DNA of 61,912 nt from a bacterium (lineage in GTDB: Bacteria > Patescibacteriota > Minisyncoccia > Phycocordibacterales > JABMNX01): positions 1 to 61,912 of the forward strand of contig NZBM01000008.1 of the NCBI GenBank assembly GCA_002687905.1, read 5' to 3'. Of the stretch, positions 38,486 through 47,644 are shown piece by piece (position 1 is the first letter of the stretch; each line of letters opens with the position of its first letter). Below the pieces are notes generated by a model, which searched no databases, had not been told where the DNA came from, and was given only the letters and a program-made list of their open reading frames with translations. The position numbers were made by a program, and so were the translations under genes.

Positions 38486-39615
38486 AGATAGTTTTTACTG
38501 GAGGGGGTTCTGGAGGACATTTTTATCCGATTATTGCGGTAGCGCAGTCAGTACGCGATGTTATAGCCGAGAAAAAATTACTCAAGCCGGAGCTTTACTA
38601 CATAGGCCCCAAACCTTTCGACGAAAGAGCTCTTTTTGAAAATGACATAGAGTTTAGAAAAAGCGCGGCGGGAAAGATTCGTCGCTATTTCTCAATCAAA
38701 AATATTTTTGACTCAATAAAAACAACCTGGGGGGTTATAAAAGCAGTATTCCAAATATATTCAATTTATCCAGATGTAGTCTTTAGCAAAGGGGGATATG
38801 CAAGTTTTCCAACAGTCCTTGCTACAAAGCTATTTCGTATTCCTCTTATTATTCATGAATCAGATGCGGCGGCAGGTAGGGTAAATAAATGGGCCGGGAA
38901 ATTTGCAAATAAAGTTGCTGTGTCATACCCGGAGACTGCAGAAGATTTCCCGGAGGAGAAGGTTGCCTACACTGGAAACCCGATAAGAAAGGATTTGTTT
39001 AATTTGCAACGCGAGGGAGCTCGCGAGTATCTAAACCTTGAGACAACAGTGCCGGTAATTCTAATTATGGGTGGTTCTCAAGGTTCACAAGCTATTAACG
39101 ATAAAGTTTTAGACGCGCTACCAGAGCTTGTTAAGGACTATCAGATAATTCATCAAGTAGGGGAGAAAAACATAAAAGAGATTGAAGGGGTAGCTAAGGT
39201 GGTTCTAGATGGCAACCAAAATATAACGAGGTACCATCCATTTGGAACGCTAGACACCTTGGCTCTTAGGATGTCAGCGGGAGCGGCTAGTTTAATAGTC
39301 TCTAGAGCCGGCTCAGGAGCCCTATTTGAGATAGCGGCGTGGGGAGTTCCAAGTATAATTATCCCTATTCCAGAGGACGTATCGCACGATCAGCAGAAAA
39401 ATGCATTCTCTTTTGCAAAGGCCGGGGCGTGTGTAGTGGTCCATCAGAAAAACCTCACAGCACATCTGCTTGTGTCTGAAATAAATAGATTAATGAACGA
39501 TGAAGGTGAGCGAGCAAAAATGGGAGAAGCGGCAAAGACATTTTCAAAACCAGATGCAGCAAAGGTGCTCGCTGAAGCTATTATGGAGACTGCTCTAGAA
39601 CATGAGTCCTCGTAA
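38482..39615 (+). CDS. murG: MurG glycosyltransferase
   Basis: GGGSGGH, GGY, TGNP, GGSQG, RAGSG. Confidence 0.96.
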   Translation: MKIVFTGGGSGGHFYPIIAVAQSVRDVIAEKKLLKPELYYIGPKPFDERALFENDIEFRKSAAGKIRRYFSIKNIFDSIKTTWGVIKAVFQIYSIYPDVVFSKGGYASFPTVLATKLFRIPLIIHESDAAAGRVNKWAGKFANKVAVSYPETAEDFPEEKVAYTGNPIRKDLFNLQREGAREYLNLETTVPVILIMGGSQGSQAINDKVLDALPELVKDYQIIHQVGEKNIKEIEGVAKVVLDGNQNITRYHPFGTLDTLALRMSAGAASLIVSRAGSGALFEIAAWGVPSIIIPIPEDVSHDQQKNAFSFAKAGACVVVHQKNLTAHLLVSEINRLMNDEGERAKMGEAAKTFSKPDAAKVLAEAIMETALEHESS

Positions 39616-40924
39616 CCTACTCAATTCAATATTTGGGAAAAAGGAAAAAGTTGTAACAAGAATTGCAGCAAGCCCTACCGGGAACCTTCACGTTGGAACA
39701 GCACGTTCGGCGCTTTTTAATTACTTATTTGCCAGAAAAAACAAGGGCAAATTTATTATCCGAATAGAGGATACTGACGAGAGCCGTAGTGAAAGGGAGT
39801 ACGAGAAAAATATCCTTGATGGTCTAAACTGGCTCGGACTTGAATCCGATGAAGTAGTAAAGCAGTCTGATTTAGTAGAAAGACATACAGAGTGTATAGA
39901 AAAATTGCTTTTAGAAGATAAGGCATATGAATCTCTCGAAGATGGAAACAAAGTCATAAGATTAAGAAATAATGGGGGAGAGGTAGTCTTTAATGACTTG
40001 GTACGAGGAGAGATAAAATTTGATGTAGGCGAGTTAGGAGATTTCATAATAGCCAGGTCTAGAACCTCACCCCTTTATCATTTAGCTGTTGTTGTGGATG
40101 ATGCCGATATGGACGTAACTCATGTTATTAGGGGAGAAGACCACATATCAAATACACCGCGTCAGATTTTGATACAACAGGCACTAGGCTTTAAACGCCC
40201 AAAATATGCACATATTCCGCTTATTTTAGCCCCAGATCGCTCCAAATTATCAAAACGCACTGGAAGTACGTCAATTGATGAATTTAGGAAAAATGGCTAT
40301 TTAGCCGGGGCGTTTCTAAATTACCTGGCACTCCTCGGATGGAATCCAGGAACTGACAAAGAGCTATTTACAATGGACGAACTTATAAGAGAATTTGATT
40401 TAAATGGCATACAGAAAGGAGGTGCAATCTTTGATGAAGAGAAGTTGAAATGGTTTAACCGAGAACATATATCTAATCTAAGCGAAGAGGATAAATTATC
40501 TTATTTTTCTAAATCTCTTTCAGGATTTGATAAAGAAACTGCAATAAAGATGATTCCAGTAGTAGAAGAGAGATTCAGCACAACTCTAGAAGTAAGAAAT
40601 GCAATAAGGGAAGATGAATTTTCATATTTTAGTGAGAGACCAGCAGTGGACGAGACAAAGGTAAGTTGGAAAAAGGATTCTTTTAAAGATACTTTGATGC
40701 ATTTAGAGAATGTTATGGAGCTCCTTGAGAAAGTACCTGAGTCTGACTTTACGGAAGAAAATATAAAAGAGGCAATTTGGTCTTATGCGTCGCGTGAAGG
40801 TACTGGATCGGTACTCTGGCCTATGCGCTACGCTCTTACTGGTAAAGAAAAATCTCCAAGTCCTTTTAGTGTTGCTGCGGTACTTGGCAAGGAAGAAACT
40901 CTTTCGCGTTTAAGGTTACAATAG
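39602..40924 (+). CDS. gltX: glutamate--tRNA ligase
   Basis: SPTGNLHVG, RIEDTD, IRGEDH, KLSKR. Confidence 0.96.
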   Translation: MSPRNLLNSIFGKKEKVVTRIAASPTGNLHVGTARSALFNYLFARKNKGKFIIRIEDTDESRSEREYEKNILDGLNWLGLESDEVVKQSDLVERHTECIEKLLLEDKAYESLEDGNKVIRLRNNGGEVVFNDLVRGEIKFDVGELGDFIIARSRTSPLYHLAVVVDDADMDVTHVIRGEDHISNTPRQILIQQALGFKRPKYAHIPLILAPDRSKLSKRTGSTSIDEFRKNGYLAGAFLNYLALLGWNPGTDKELFTMDELIREFDLNGIQKGGAIFDEEKLKWFNREHISNLSEEDKLSYFSKSLSGFDKETAIKMIPVVEERFSTTLEVRNAIREDEFSYFSERPAVDETKVSWKKDSFKDTLMHLENVMELLEKVPESDFTEENIKEAIWSYASREGTGSVLWPMRYALTGKEKSPSPFSVAAVLGKEETLSRLRLQ

Positions 40925-40928
40925 GGGA

Positions 40929-42260
40929 ATGAATTCGTGCTTAAAGCACATTTTAGTGTCGTCTTTTTTGATGCTGGCGCTTTTTGTATTTGATGTAAGT
41001 GCGGCCAATTTAGATGACCTAAAGGGACAAATTAATGAGAGAAATAAAAAGATAGTAGAGCTTGAAGCTGAAATAGCCGAATATGAAGAGGAATTAGTTG
41101 AAATAGGGGAGGAGAGACAAACGCTTGAAAGCGCAGTGAATACTCTCGACATATCAAGAAGAAAGCTTTCAACCGATATAAAAGTCACTGAAAATAGAAT
41201 TACCTCTACAAGTCTTCAGATTGAGGAACTTGGAGGGGAGATAGGGGGCAAGGAGCGCCTTATTGCTCAAAATAATAAAGCGGTTGCGCAAGCTATAAGG
41301 AAAATAAACGAGATTGAATCCCAAACCTTAGTAGAGGCGGTTTTAGTTCACGATGATTTAAATGAATTTTGGGACGAACTTGAGACACTGCAAAGATTTC
41401 AAATTGTAGTAAGAGATGAGCTAAAAGAATTGGAGGTTCTTAAAGAGGATTTGGAAAATACTAAAGATAAATCTGAAATTAAGAAAAGGGACCTTACAGG
41501 TTTTAGAAATGAACTGGGCGGACAGAAGAGAGTTCTTGATGATACTAGGGAAGAGAAGAATACTTTACTTAAGGAAACAAAAAATGAAGAAGCCGAGTAC
41601 CAGACTCTTCTTAATGAAAAGAAGGAAGCGAGAGAGCGTTTTGAGCAAGAACTCTTTGAGCTTCAGTCACAGCTTCAAATTGCAATTGACCCTACAAGTA
41701 TTCCCCCAGCTGGATCAGGAGTATTGAGGTGGCCTTTTGATACTTCCTATATGCAAAAGTGCCAGTCCTACAAGACATCTCTTGGAAATATATTTTGTGT
41801 GACTCAATATTTCGGAAATACCAAGTTTGCTACAAAGAACCCCCAAGTTTATGGAGGGAAGGGGCACAACGGTGTTGACTTCAGAGCGCCAACCGGAACT
41901 AAGCTAAGAGTCTCTCTTGGAGGCATTGTAACAGGCTCTGGTAATACTGATTTACAGCGAGGGTGCTTCTCTTATGGAAAGTGGGTTCTTATAAAGCACA
42001 ACAATGGTCTATCAACCTTATATGCGCATCTCTCTCATATAAGCGTATCTTCAGGAGAGGTTCTTGTAAGTGGAGATTTGATTGGATATAGCGGAAATAC
42101 GGGATACTCAACAGGGCCGCACCTTCATTTTGCTGTATTTGCTACTCAAGGAATTCAAATTGTTAGACTCGGAGATGTGAAGAGGGTTACTAATTGCAGT
42201 AATGTAAAAATACCTATTGCTCCTTTAGAAGCTTACTTAAATCCACTATCTTATTTATAG
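40929..42260 (+). CDS. M23 family peptidase with coiled coil (EnvC/NlpD-like)
   Basis: signal peptide, long coiled coil, HNGVD and STGPHLH motifs. Confidence 0.92.
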   Translation: MNSCLKHILVSSFLMLALFVFDVSAANLDDLKGQINERNKKIVELEAEIAEYEEELVEIGEERQTLESAVNTLDISRRKLSTDIKVTENRITSTSLQIEELGGEIGGKERLIAQNNKAVAQAIRKINEIESQTLVEAVLVHDDLNEFWDELETLQRFQIVVRDELKELEVLKEDLENTKDKSEIKKRDLTGFRNELGGQKRVLDDTREEKNTLLKETKNEEAEYQTLLNEKKEARERFEQELFELQSQLQIAIDPTSIPPAGSGVLRWPFDTSYMQKCQSYKTSLGNIFCVTQYFGNTKFATKNPQVYGGKGHNGVDFRAPTGTKLRVSLGGIVTGSGNTDLQRGCFSYGKWVLIKHNNGLSTLYAHLSHISVSSGEVLVSGDLIGYSGNTGYSTGPHLHFAVFATQGIQIVRLGDVKRVTNCSNVKIPIAPLEAYLNPLSYL

Positions 42261-42344
42261 GTGTGAATAATGCACTTGCGCTTACTTTCTAGCGTGGAAA
42301 AATAAATATAGGTCGTATTAAATTACATTTTATTTACAAAACAT

Positions 42345-42575
42345 ATGCACATGTTACATAAAGTTGCTTGGGTTTTTGTAGTAGTTGGAGCACTAAACTG
42401 GTTATGGTTCGGGCTAGCAGGATCAGAACTAGGATCATATCTAGGAGGAATGGATGGAACCACAGCAAGAGTTGTTTACGTAGTAGTAGGTCTTGCAGGT
42501 CTATGGCTACTTGTTTCAAAGTTCATGATGAAGGGTCGCCATGGTGGTGGCGGATCAATGGGCGGAGGCAACTAA
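42345..42575 (+). CDS. DUF378 family small membrane protein
   Basis: VVGALNW...ARVVYVVVGLA. Confidence 0.85.
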   Translation: MHMLHKVAWVFVVVGALNWLWFGLAGSELGSYLGGMDGTTARVVYVVVGLAGLWLLVSKFMMKGRHGGGGSMGGGN

Positions 42576-42595
42576 TTTTCTCAGCTTAATTCAGA

Positions 42596-42618
42596 AGAGC
42601 CGCTCACGCGGCTTTTTT
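42596..42618 (+). terminator. intrinsic terminator
   Basis: AGAGCCGC-TCAC-GCGGCT followed by a T-run. Confidence 0.8.
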
Positions 42619-42621
42619 GAT

Positions 42622-42752
42622 TTAAAAGGAAATGCGCCGGCTGTGGGAGGTCCTTCCAGCCGGCGCTTCGCATCGCTTTTGGAGGTCCCCGTGGGGGCGT
42701 GTGACCCAGCGGAGAGGAGCGATGCTAGGTTAGCCCATACAACCTAACCATA
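42622..42752 (-). ncRNA. candidate structured sRNA C
   Basis: TTGCTT-16-TAGGAT promoter; three stems; GCGCCGGCTG terminator hairpin. Confidence 0.45.
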
Positions 42753-42787
42753 AGAGACATCCTAATTGAAATAAATATAAAAGCAAG

Positions 42788-42868
42788 AAAAATAAAATGA
42801 CCGCCCGGCTCCAGGGGCGGCCAAGTCACGTCTAGTCGCTTGAGGGCTTCTGCGTAAGCCACTCGCGC
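42788..42868 (-). ncRNA. candidate sRNA B
   Basis: TTGCTA-17-TATTCT promoter; TGGCCGCCC/GGGCGGTCA hairpin with T-tract. Confidence 0.45.
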
Positions 42869-42904
42869 TCCAATAGAATAGGGGAGGGGGAGCAATTTAG
42901 CAAG

Positions 42905-43003
42905 TTAAAAAGGACCCGCTGGTTTGCGAGTTTCGCAAATGCTCCAGCGGGCCAAGGTGTCGCCGGTAGGCGCGGGGGCGTTTTGTGCCATACACCAGCG
43001 ATA
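42905..43003 (-). ncRNA. candidate structured sRNA A
   Basis: TAGAAT -10; GGCCCGCTGG/CCAGCGGGTCC stem with TTTTT. Confidence 0.4.
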
Positions 43004-43052
43004 GGTTAATTCTAAATTCAAAAAATTTTTCTTAACAGTGGATAAGTATTAA

Positions 43053-43080
43053 GAGTCGGAAAAGATATATTGTGCGACAC
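43053..43080. other. candidate dif-like Xer recombination site
   Basis: 11-6-11 arrangement GAGTCGGAAAA-GATATA-TTGTGCGACAC near the gene-orientation switch. Confidence 0.45.
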
Positions 43081-43377
43081 ATATATAATTAAGGAATGTA
43101 GCAAATAAGCCCTATTCCCTACATATATTAGCTAAAGCAACCTTATAATTTTTAGACTGTGTTATCTCCCTCCCCTCTGCTATGTATTACTCACTCTTCT
43201 GTTTACATTAATACAAATAAATTCTATTTACCTTGTTTGAATTTAAATTCTTTTTTCAGATCATTTGATTCACATCTTTTATATAAATACGAGGAGCTAA
43301 ATTCTACGTATAAAACTTTGAGAAACTATTCCCTGTTTCGTTATATAATTTTCGTATTAATAATAAAGTAAGTATTT

Positions 43378-43758
43378 ATGAATAAATTACTTCCATGGGG
43401 TCCGCTTGTCGCTCGTATTGTTGTTGGCGGATTTTTCATAATGTCTGGAGTAGCAAAAATTACAGGCTTTGCTGGTATTGTTGCTTTCGCAGCTTCCGCA
43501 GGTCTCCCTGCGCCGGCTTTGGCTATTATGATTGCAATAGTAGTTGAGCTACTTGGTGGTCTTTCTGTACTTCTTGGTTACAAGATTCAGTGGGGCGCAC
43601 TTGCGCTTGCTCTTTTTGTGGTAGCTACCGCAGTTCTCTTTCACGCTGACTTTGCTGACCAAGCACAACAGACTGCATTTATGAAGAATCTTGCCATCGC
43701 GGGTGGTCTTCTCTATATGGCACGCTTCGGTCCCGGAAAAATGTCTATCGAAAAGTAG
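43378..43758 (+). CDS. DoxX family membrane protein
   Basis: SGVAKI, ELLGG, FH, FMKNLAIAGG. Confidence 0.92.
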   Translation: MNKLLPWGPLVARIVVGGFFIMSGVAKITGFAGIVAFAASAGLPAPALAIMIAIVVELLGGLSVLLGYKIQWGALALALFVVATAVLFHADFADQAQQTAFMKNLAIAGGLLYMARFGPGKMSIEK

Positions 43759-43770
43759 TCTATATTTTAG

Positions 43771-43808
43771 GCCTAAATTTGCGACTCACTTGGTTGAGTC
43801 GCTTTTTT
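43771..43808. repeat. REP-like palindrome family B, degenerate copy acting as terminator
   Basis: GCCTAAATTTGCGACTCA-CTTGGT-TGAGTCGC-TTTTTT. Confidence 0.65.
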
Positions 43809-44532
43809 AGTTTCTAAGTGCACTACACTTTGGCACATTCTTTATTATTGTCTCGTATGCCTCCTCTGTTGAATCAACAATATGAAAAAGGGTCATATCC
43901 TCCGGCGAGATTGTGTGATGTTTTTCTAAAAGTTGTGTCTTAAAGCATTTAATAAGGGGTTCCCAATATGCTTTTCCGTATAAAATTATGGGAATTTTTC
44001 GTATTTTTTTTGTCTGCACTAATGTAAGAATCTCAAAAAACTCATCCATCGTCCCAAAGCCCCCCGGGAAATAAACATAAACTTCTGAAGCAGAAGCAAG
44101 CATTACCCTTCTTGTGAAGAAGTAATGAAAATCTTCTGAATCATTTGTAAATTCATTGAGCCCCTGCTCATTTGGCAGTTCTATATTTAATCCGACAGAC
44201 TTTCCTCCTGCTTCAAAGGCACCTTTGTTTGCAGCTTCCATCACACCTGGTCCCCCACCTGTAATAACGGCAAAACCGGCTCTAGCGAGCTTGCCAGCCA
44301 GCACTTCTGCTTCATCATATATTCTATCTCCCAGGCCACATCTAGCCGAACCATAAAATGTTACGGCAAGTGAGTATTTGCGTAGAAGCTCAAAGCCTTC
44401 CACTAGTTCCCCCATTATTCTAAAAACTCGCCAGGAACTCTCGCTTTCGCTAAAAAGCTCCTCGTCTATCCGACAGGTATTTGCAGGCGCTTTTTTGTCT
44501 AAATTATCTCCTTCAGGGTCAAGTTCTCGCAT
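43807..44532 (-). CDS. LOG family (TIGR00730) nucleotide phosphoribohydrolase
   Basis: GSAR, TGGGPGVMEAAN, PGGFGTMDE. Confidence 0.93.
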   Translation of the reverse strand: MRELDPEGDNLDKKAPANTCRIDEELFSESESSWRVFRIMGELVEGFELLRKYSLAVTFYGSARCGLGDRIYDEAEVLAGKLARAGFAVITGGGPGVMEAANKGAFEAGGKSVGLNIELPNEQGLNEFTNDSEDFHYFFTRRVMLASASEVYVYFPGGFGTMDEFFEILTLVQTKKIRKIPIILYGKAYWEPLIKCFKTQLLEKHHTISPEDMTLFHIVDSTEEAYETIIKNVPKCSALRN

Positions 44533-44552
44533 TAAAAACTATTGTAACACTA

Positions 44553-45149
44553 CTATTTTTCTTTTTGCCAAGGAATTGGGAATTCATCAAACTCTGGTAG
44601 AAGTTTTTTATCATAAAGAAGTCTTGAAAGCACTTCTGCGTGTGAAAGCGCCCCTGTAAGAGCATTATGCGGAGCAGGTTCATTTGGTATTCCACAGTAA
44701 TTTAGAACGGCGTCTAGATTAAGAGCTGACCTTTGCTTTTCCATTGGTGGCTTATTCCCTCTTTTAACAATATGCATCCAAGCCAACGTATGTGTATCAA
44801 TTGTTCTGTACGCCAGCTCCCAATTTAAATGAACACGCTCGGCTGCCGTTTTTAAGAAATCTCTATCAAAGGATACATTCTGCCCTGCAAGCATATGGTC
44901 GCCCACACTCTTTGCCCATTCTAGAAACTCTGTAATTAATTCTCCTTCGGTTTTTTTATTCGGGTCAGTGATTTCTTCTTTTGTCAGTCCGTTTACTTCA
45001 AGCGCTTCGTCCATTATATGAGCCCCATCCCAAATCCTACACTCGCCATAAAAACGATTCTCTGGATTGGCTAAATCAAGAGCTCCAATTGATACAATTG
45101 AATGCTTGTGATATTCGGTTCCGGATGCTTCTACATCTACTACTATCAT
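44553..45149 (-). CDS. DEDDh 3'-5' exonuclease
   Basis: DVEASG, QNVSFD, HNAL. Confidence 0.87.
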   Translation of the reverse strand: MIVVDVEASGTEYHKHSIVSIGALDLANPENRFYGECRIWDGAHIMDEALEVNGLTKEEITDPNKKTEGELITEFLEWAKSVGDHMLAGQNVSFDRDFLKTAAERVHLNWELAYRTIDTHTLAWMHIVKRGNKPPMEKQRSALNLDAVLNYCGIPNEPAPHNALTGALSHAEVLSRLLYDKKLLPEFDEFPIPWQKEK

Positions 45150-45158
45150 TTTAAATAT

Positions 45159-45524
45159 TTATTTAAGTCCCTTACAATTTGCTGCTGGTGTGTACCCTGC
45201 CCTTCTAGCTTCTTCAATTGTGCTAAATTCTACCTTATTTTGAGGAGCTATGCGCTTTGCTCCAGAGCACCAAGGGTAGTGATATTTGCTGCCATTTCTT
45301 GATGCCACAACCGCCCCTCCTCCTAAGGAGGCTGTTGAGGTCAAATCAGTGCCTAATTCAGCGCTAATTATCTCCACGGGCTCTTTTTTGGTCTCAAGAG
45401 CGGACAATCTACCCAGACCAAAAGAGCCCGTTCCTACTAAAATAATGATTAAAATAAGGGCAGTTTTCGAGTCCAGAATATCCTCAGATTGCTTGATTTT
45501 AGCCCAAATCTCTCGTATACTCAT
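45159..45524 (-). CDS. membrane-anchored Ada-like metal-binding domain protein
   Basis: [15 protein letters not shown]...GYTPAANC. Confidence 0.8.
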   Translation of the reverse strand: MSIREIWAKIKQSEDILDSKTALILIIILVGTGSFGLGRLSALETKKEPVEIISAELGTDLTSTASLGGGAVVASRNGSKYHYPWCSGAKRIAPQNKVEFSTIEEARRAGYTPAANCKGLK

Positions 45525-45544
45525 CTTTCAAGTATAAAGTCAAT

Positions 45545-45817
45545 ATGGCACATAAAAAAGCTGGTGGATCAGCTAAAAACCTAAGAGACTCAAACCCGAA
45601 ATACCTCGGCACAAAGCTCTATCAAGGCGCTAAGGCCAAAATCGGCTCTATTATTGTGCGTCAGCGCGGAACCAAAATTGAACCCGGTAAAAATGTTGGA
45701 CTGGGAAATGACCACACCCTTTTTGCGACAAAGGAGGGCACGGTTCAGTTTAGAGACAAAAGAAAAACTCGTTTTGACGGAAAGGTGGTCAGAAAAAAGG
45801 TAGTGGACGTTCTCTAG
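45545..45817 (+). CDS. rpmA: 50S ribosomal protein L27
   Basis: [20 protein letters not shown]. Confidence 0.97.
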   Translation: MAHKKAGGSAKNLRDSNPKYLGTKLYQGAKAKIGSIIVRQRGTKIEPGKNVGLGNDHTLFATKEGTVQFRDKRKTRFDGKVVRKKVVDVL

Positions 45818-46257
45818 CTCGCTTTTACGACAAGTTTAAGGACGCCTTTCTTACCTCCCGCCTCAAGTTCAATATCGAATTCACCAACCTCTTTTATGGA
45901 GCTTTTTAATTGAATAGACTCTTTTGAAAGCTCAATTTCTTTTTGCTCTTTAAGAGTTTTTACAATAGCGAGCGCAGTAATTCCTTTAAATAAGCGACCT
46001 TTCTCATTTGCCTCTTGTGTAATTTCTACTTTAGTCTTCTTTAAATCAGCAAGAGCTTTCGTAAGGACATCTGATTTTTCTTTTTCTTCGGCAAGTTGCT
46101 CCTTCTTCATTAACTCAATTCCCTTCACTTTTTTATCTGTAGCTACTTCGGCCAGTCCATTTGGAATTAAAAAATTCATTGCGTATCCATCTGCAACATT
46201 TTTTACATCATATTTTACTCCAACCCCTGTTACATCATTTACTAATATTACTTTCAT
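45814..46257 (-). CDS. rplI: 50S ribosomal protein L9
   Basis: [19 protein letters not shown]. Confidence 0.95.
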   Translation of the reverse strand: MKVILVNDVTGVGVKYDVKNVADGYAMNFLIPNGLAEVATDKKVKGIELMKKEQLAEEKEKSDVLTKALADLKKTKVEITQEANEKGRLFKGITALAIVKTLKEQKEIELSKESIQLKSSIKEVGEFDIELEAGGKKGVLKLVVKAS

Positions 46258-46260
46258 ACT

Positions 46261-47502
46261 TTATAAAGATTTAAGATAATCTGCAGCGGCTTCAAGTTGT
46301 GTGTCTACTCCATTCTCAAAGGATTCTTCGTCAAAATCAATCTCAATATCTGGAGCCAATCCCCCATCTGAGATTGAATTTCCGTTTGGCGTAAGCCAGC
46401 GCGCAATTGTGACCTTAAGCGAGGTTTCGTCTGTGACTGAAACCAACTCCTGTATCGAACCTTTTCCAAAAGTGTTATTTCCAACTAAAGTAGCTATTCC
46501 GTGCTCACGAAGTGCTCCTGCCAATATTTCAGACGCTGAAGCCGAACCGCCGTTTATAAGAATTGCTAACTTAAGATTCTCGTTGAATATATCATAACCG
46601 CGCGATCTATGAACGTTTGCTTTTACTCCTTCCCCAAAACTCTCCGACACAATTACCTTCCCGGTTGGTAAAAACCAACTCGCCATATCTACTGATGCTC
46701 CGAGAAATCCGCCGGGGTTTCCGCGAAGGTCAATAATCAGTTTGTCTGAGTCAGATATTATAAATGGTCTAAGAGCCTGTCTGAACAAGTTTTGAGATAT
46801 GGCAGAGAAGTTATAAAGCTCTATAACATAAACACCGTCATCTCTAAGTCCTGCCCCGTCTTCGGGTTCAATATTTATTGTTGGAATTTCTATGACGTCA
46901 CGGATTACAGAGATGGTTAGGGGCTCATCCACTCCTTCTCTAAATATAGTAAACACAACTTCAGTTCCTCTTTCTCCTCTTATAATCTTTACGGCTTTAT
47001 CAACTGTAAGACTTGAAGTTTCTGCCTCATCAATTCTTAAAATTTTGTCACCACTTTTTATTCCGGCATTATAAGCGGGAGTTCCTTTAAGAGGAGCTAT
47101 AACAGTCAGTATGTTGTCACGAATCCCAATCTCCATTCCAACTCCTTCAAAATTTCCACTTATATCTGCTTCAAAGAGTTCAGCGTCCTCCGGTGGCAAA
47201 AATACCGTATAAGGATCTTCAAGTGAGTTAGTGAGGCCCTGTATCATCCCCCACACCCTGTCCTCGCTATCTACGACTGAAGTAGTAGTAGCTGCAACGT
47301 ATTTATCATCAAGTAGATTCCACACCTTCCACACAGGAGTAAAATCAATATTTTGAGGCTGGGTTATATCAACCTTTGCATTCACACCCGCCCCTCCGTT
47401 TCCCGCGAAAAGTCCCGCAAAAAAAGCAATCGCAACCAAAAGCACCACCGCTACGGCAGTTGTAACTAGCTGTGCCTTCTTATCACCTTTTTGAGTGAGC
47501 AT
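46261..47502 (-). CDS. S41 carboxy-terminal processing protease (PDZ)
   Basis: DPYT, GVG, DLRGNPGG, SASASEI, TFGKG. Confidence 0.95.
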   Translation of the reverse strand: MLTQKGDKKAQLVTTAVAVVLLVAIAFFAGLFAGNGGAGVNAKVDITQPQNIDFTPVWKVWNLLDDKYVAATTTSVVDSEDRVWGMIQGLTNSLEDPYTVFLPPEDAELFEADISGNFEGVGMEIGIRDNILTVIAPLKGTPAYNAGIKSGDKILRIDEAETSSLTVDKAVKIIRGERGTEVVFTIFREGVDEPLTISVIRDVIEIPTINIEPEDGAGLRDDGVYVIELYNFSAISQNLFRQALRPFIISDSDKLIIDLRGNPGGFLGASVDMASWFLPTGKVIVSESFGEGVKANVHRSRGYDIFNENLKLAILINGGSASASEILAGALREHGIATLVGNNTFGKGSIQELVSVTDETSLKVTIARWLTPNGNSISDGGLAPDIEIDFDEESFENGVDTQLEAAADYLKSL

Positions 47503-47544
47503 GTTGCGTAATTATTGCACAGTTAAATAATACGGGTCAATTTT

Positions 47545-47622
47545 ACCCCCACACCTTTCATTGCAAAGCTGGTCTCTTAAAAACCAGCGCTCGCAGAGCA
47601 TTACAATGAAAGGTGTGGGGGT
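47545..47622. repeat. MITE-like element with 19-bp perfect TIRs and two internal hairpins
   Basis: ACCCCCACACCTTTCATTG / CAATGAAAGGTGTGGGGGT. Confidence 0.7.
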
Positions 47623-47644
47623 TAAGTTGTTATATAATATATTC

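Noticed and set aside
43159..43371. 70-aa ORF in the AT-rich region
   Set aside because: GTG start, low-complexity composition and overlap with the DoxX promoter region.
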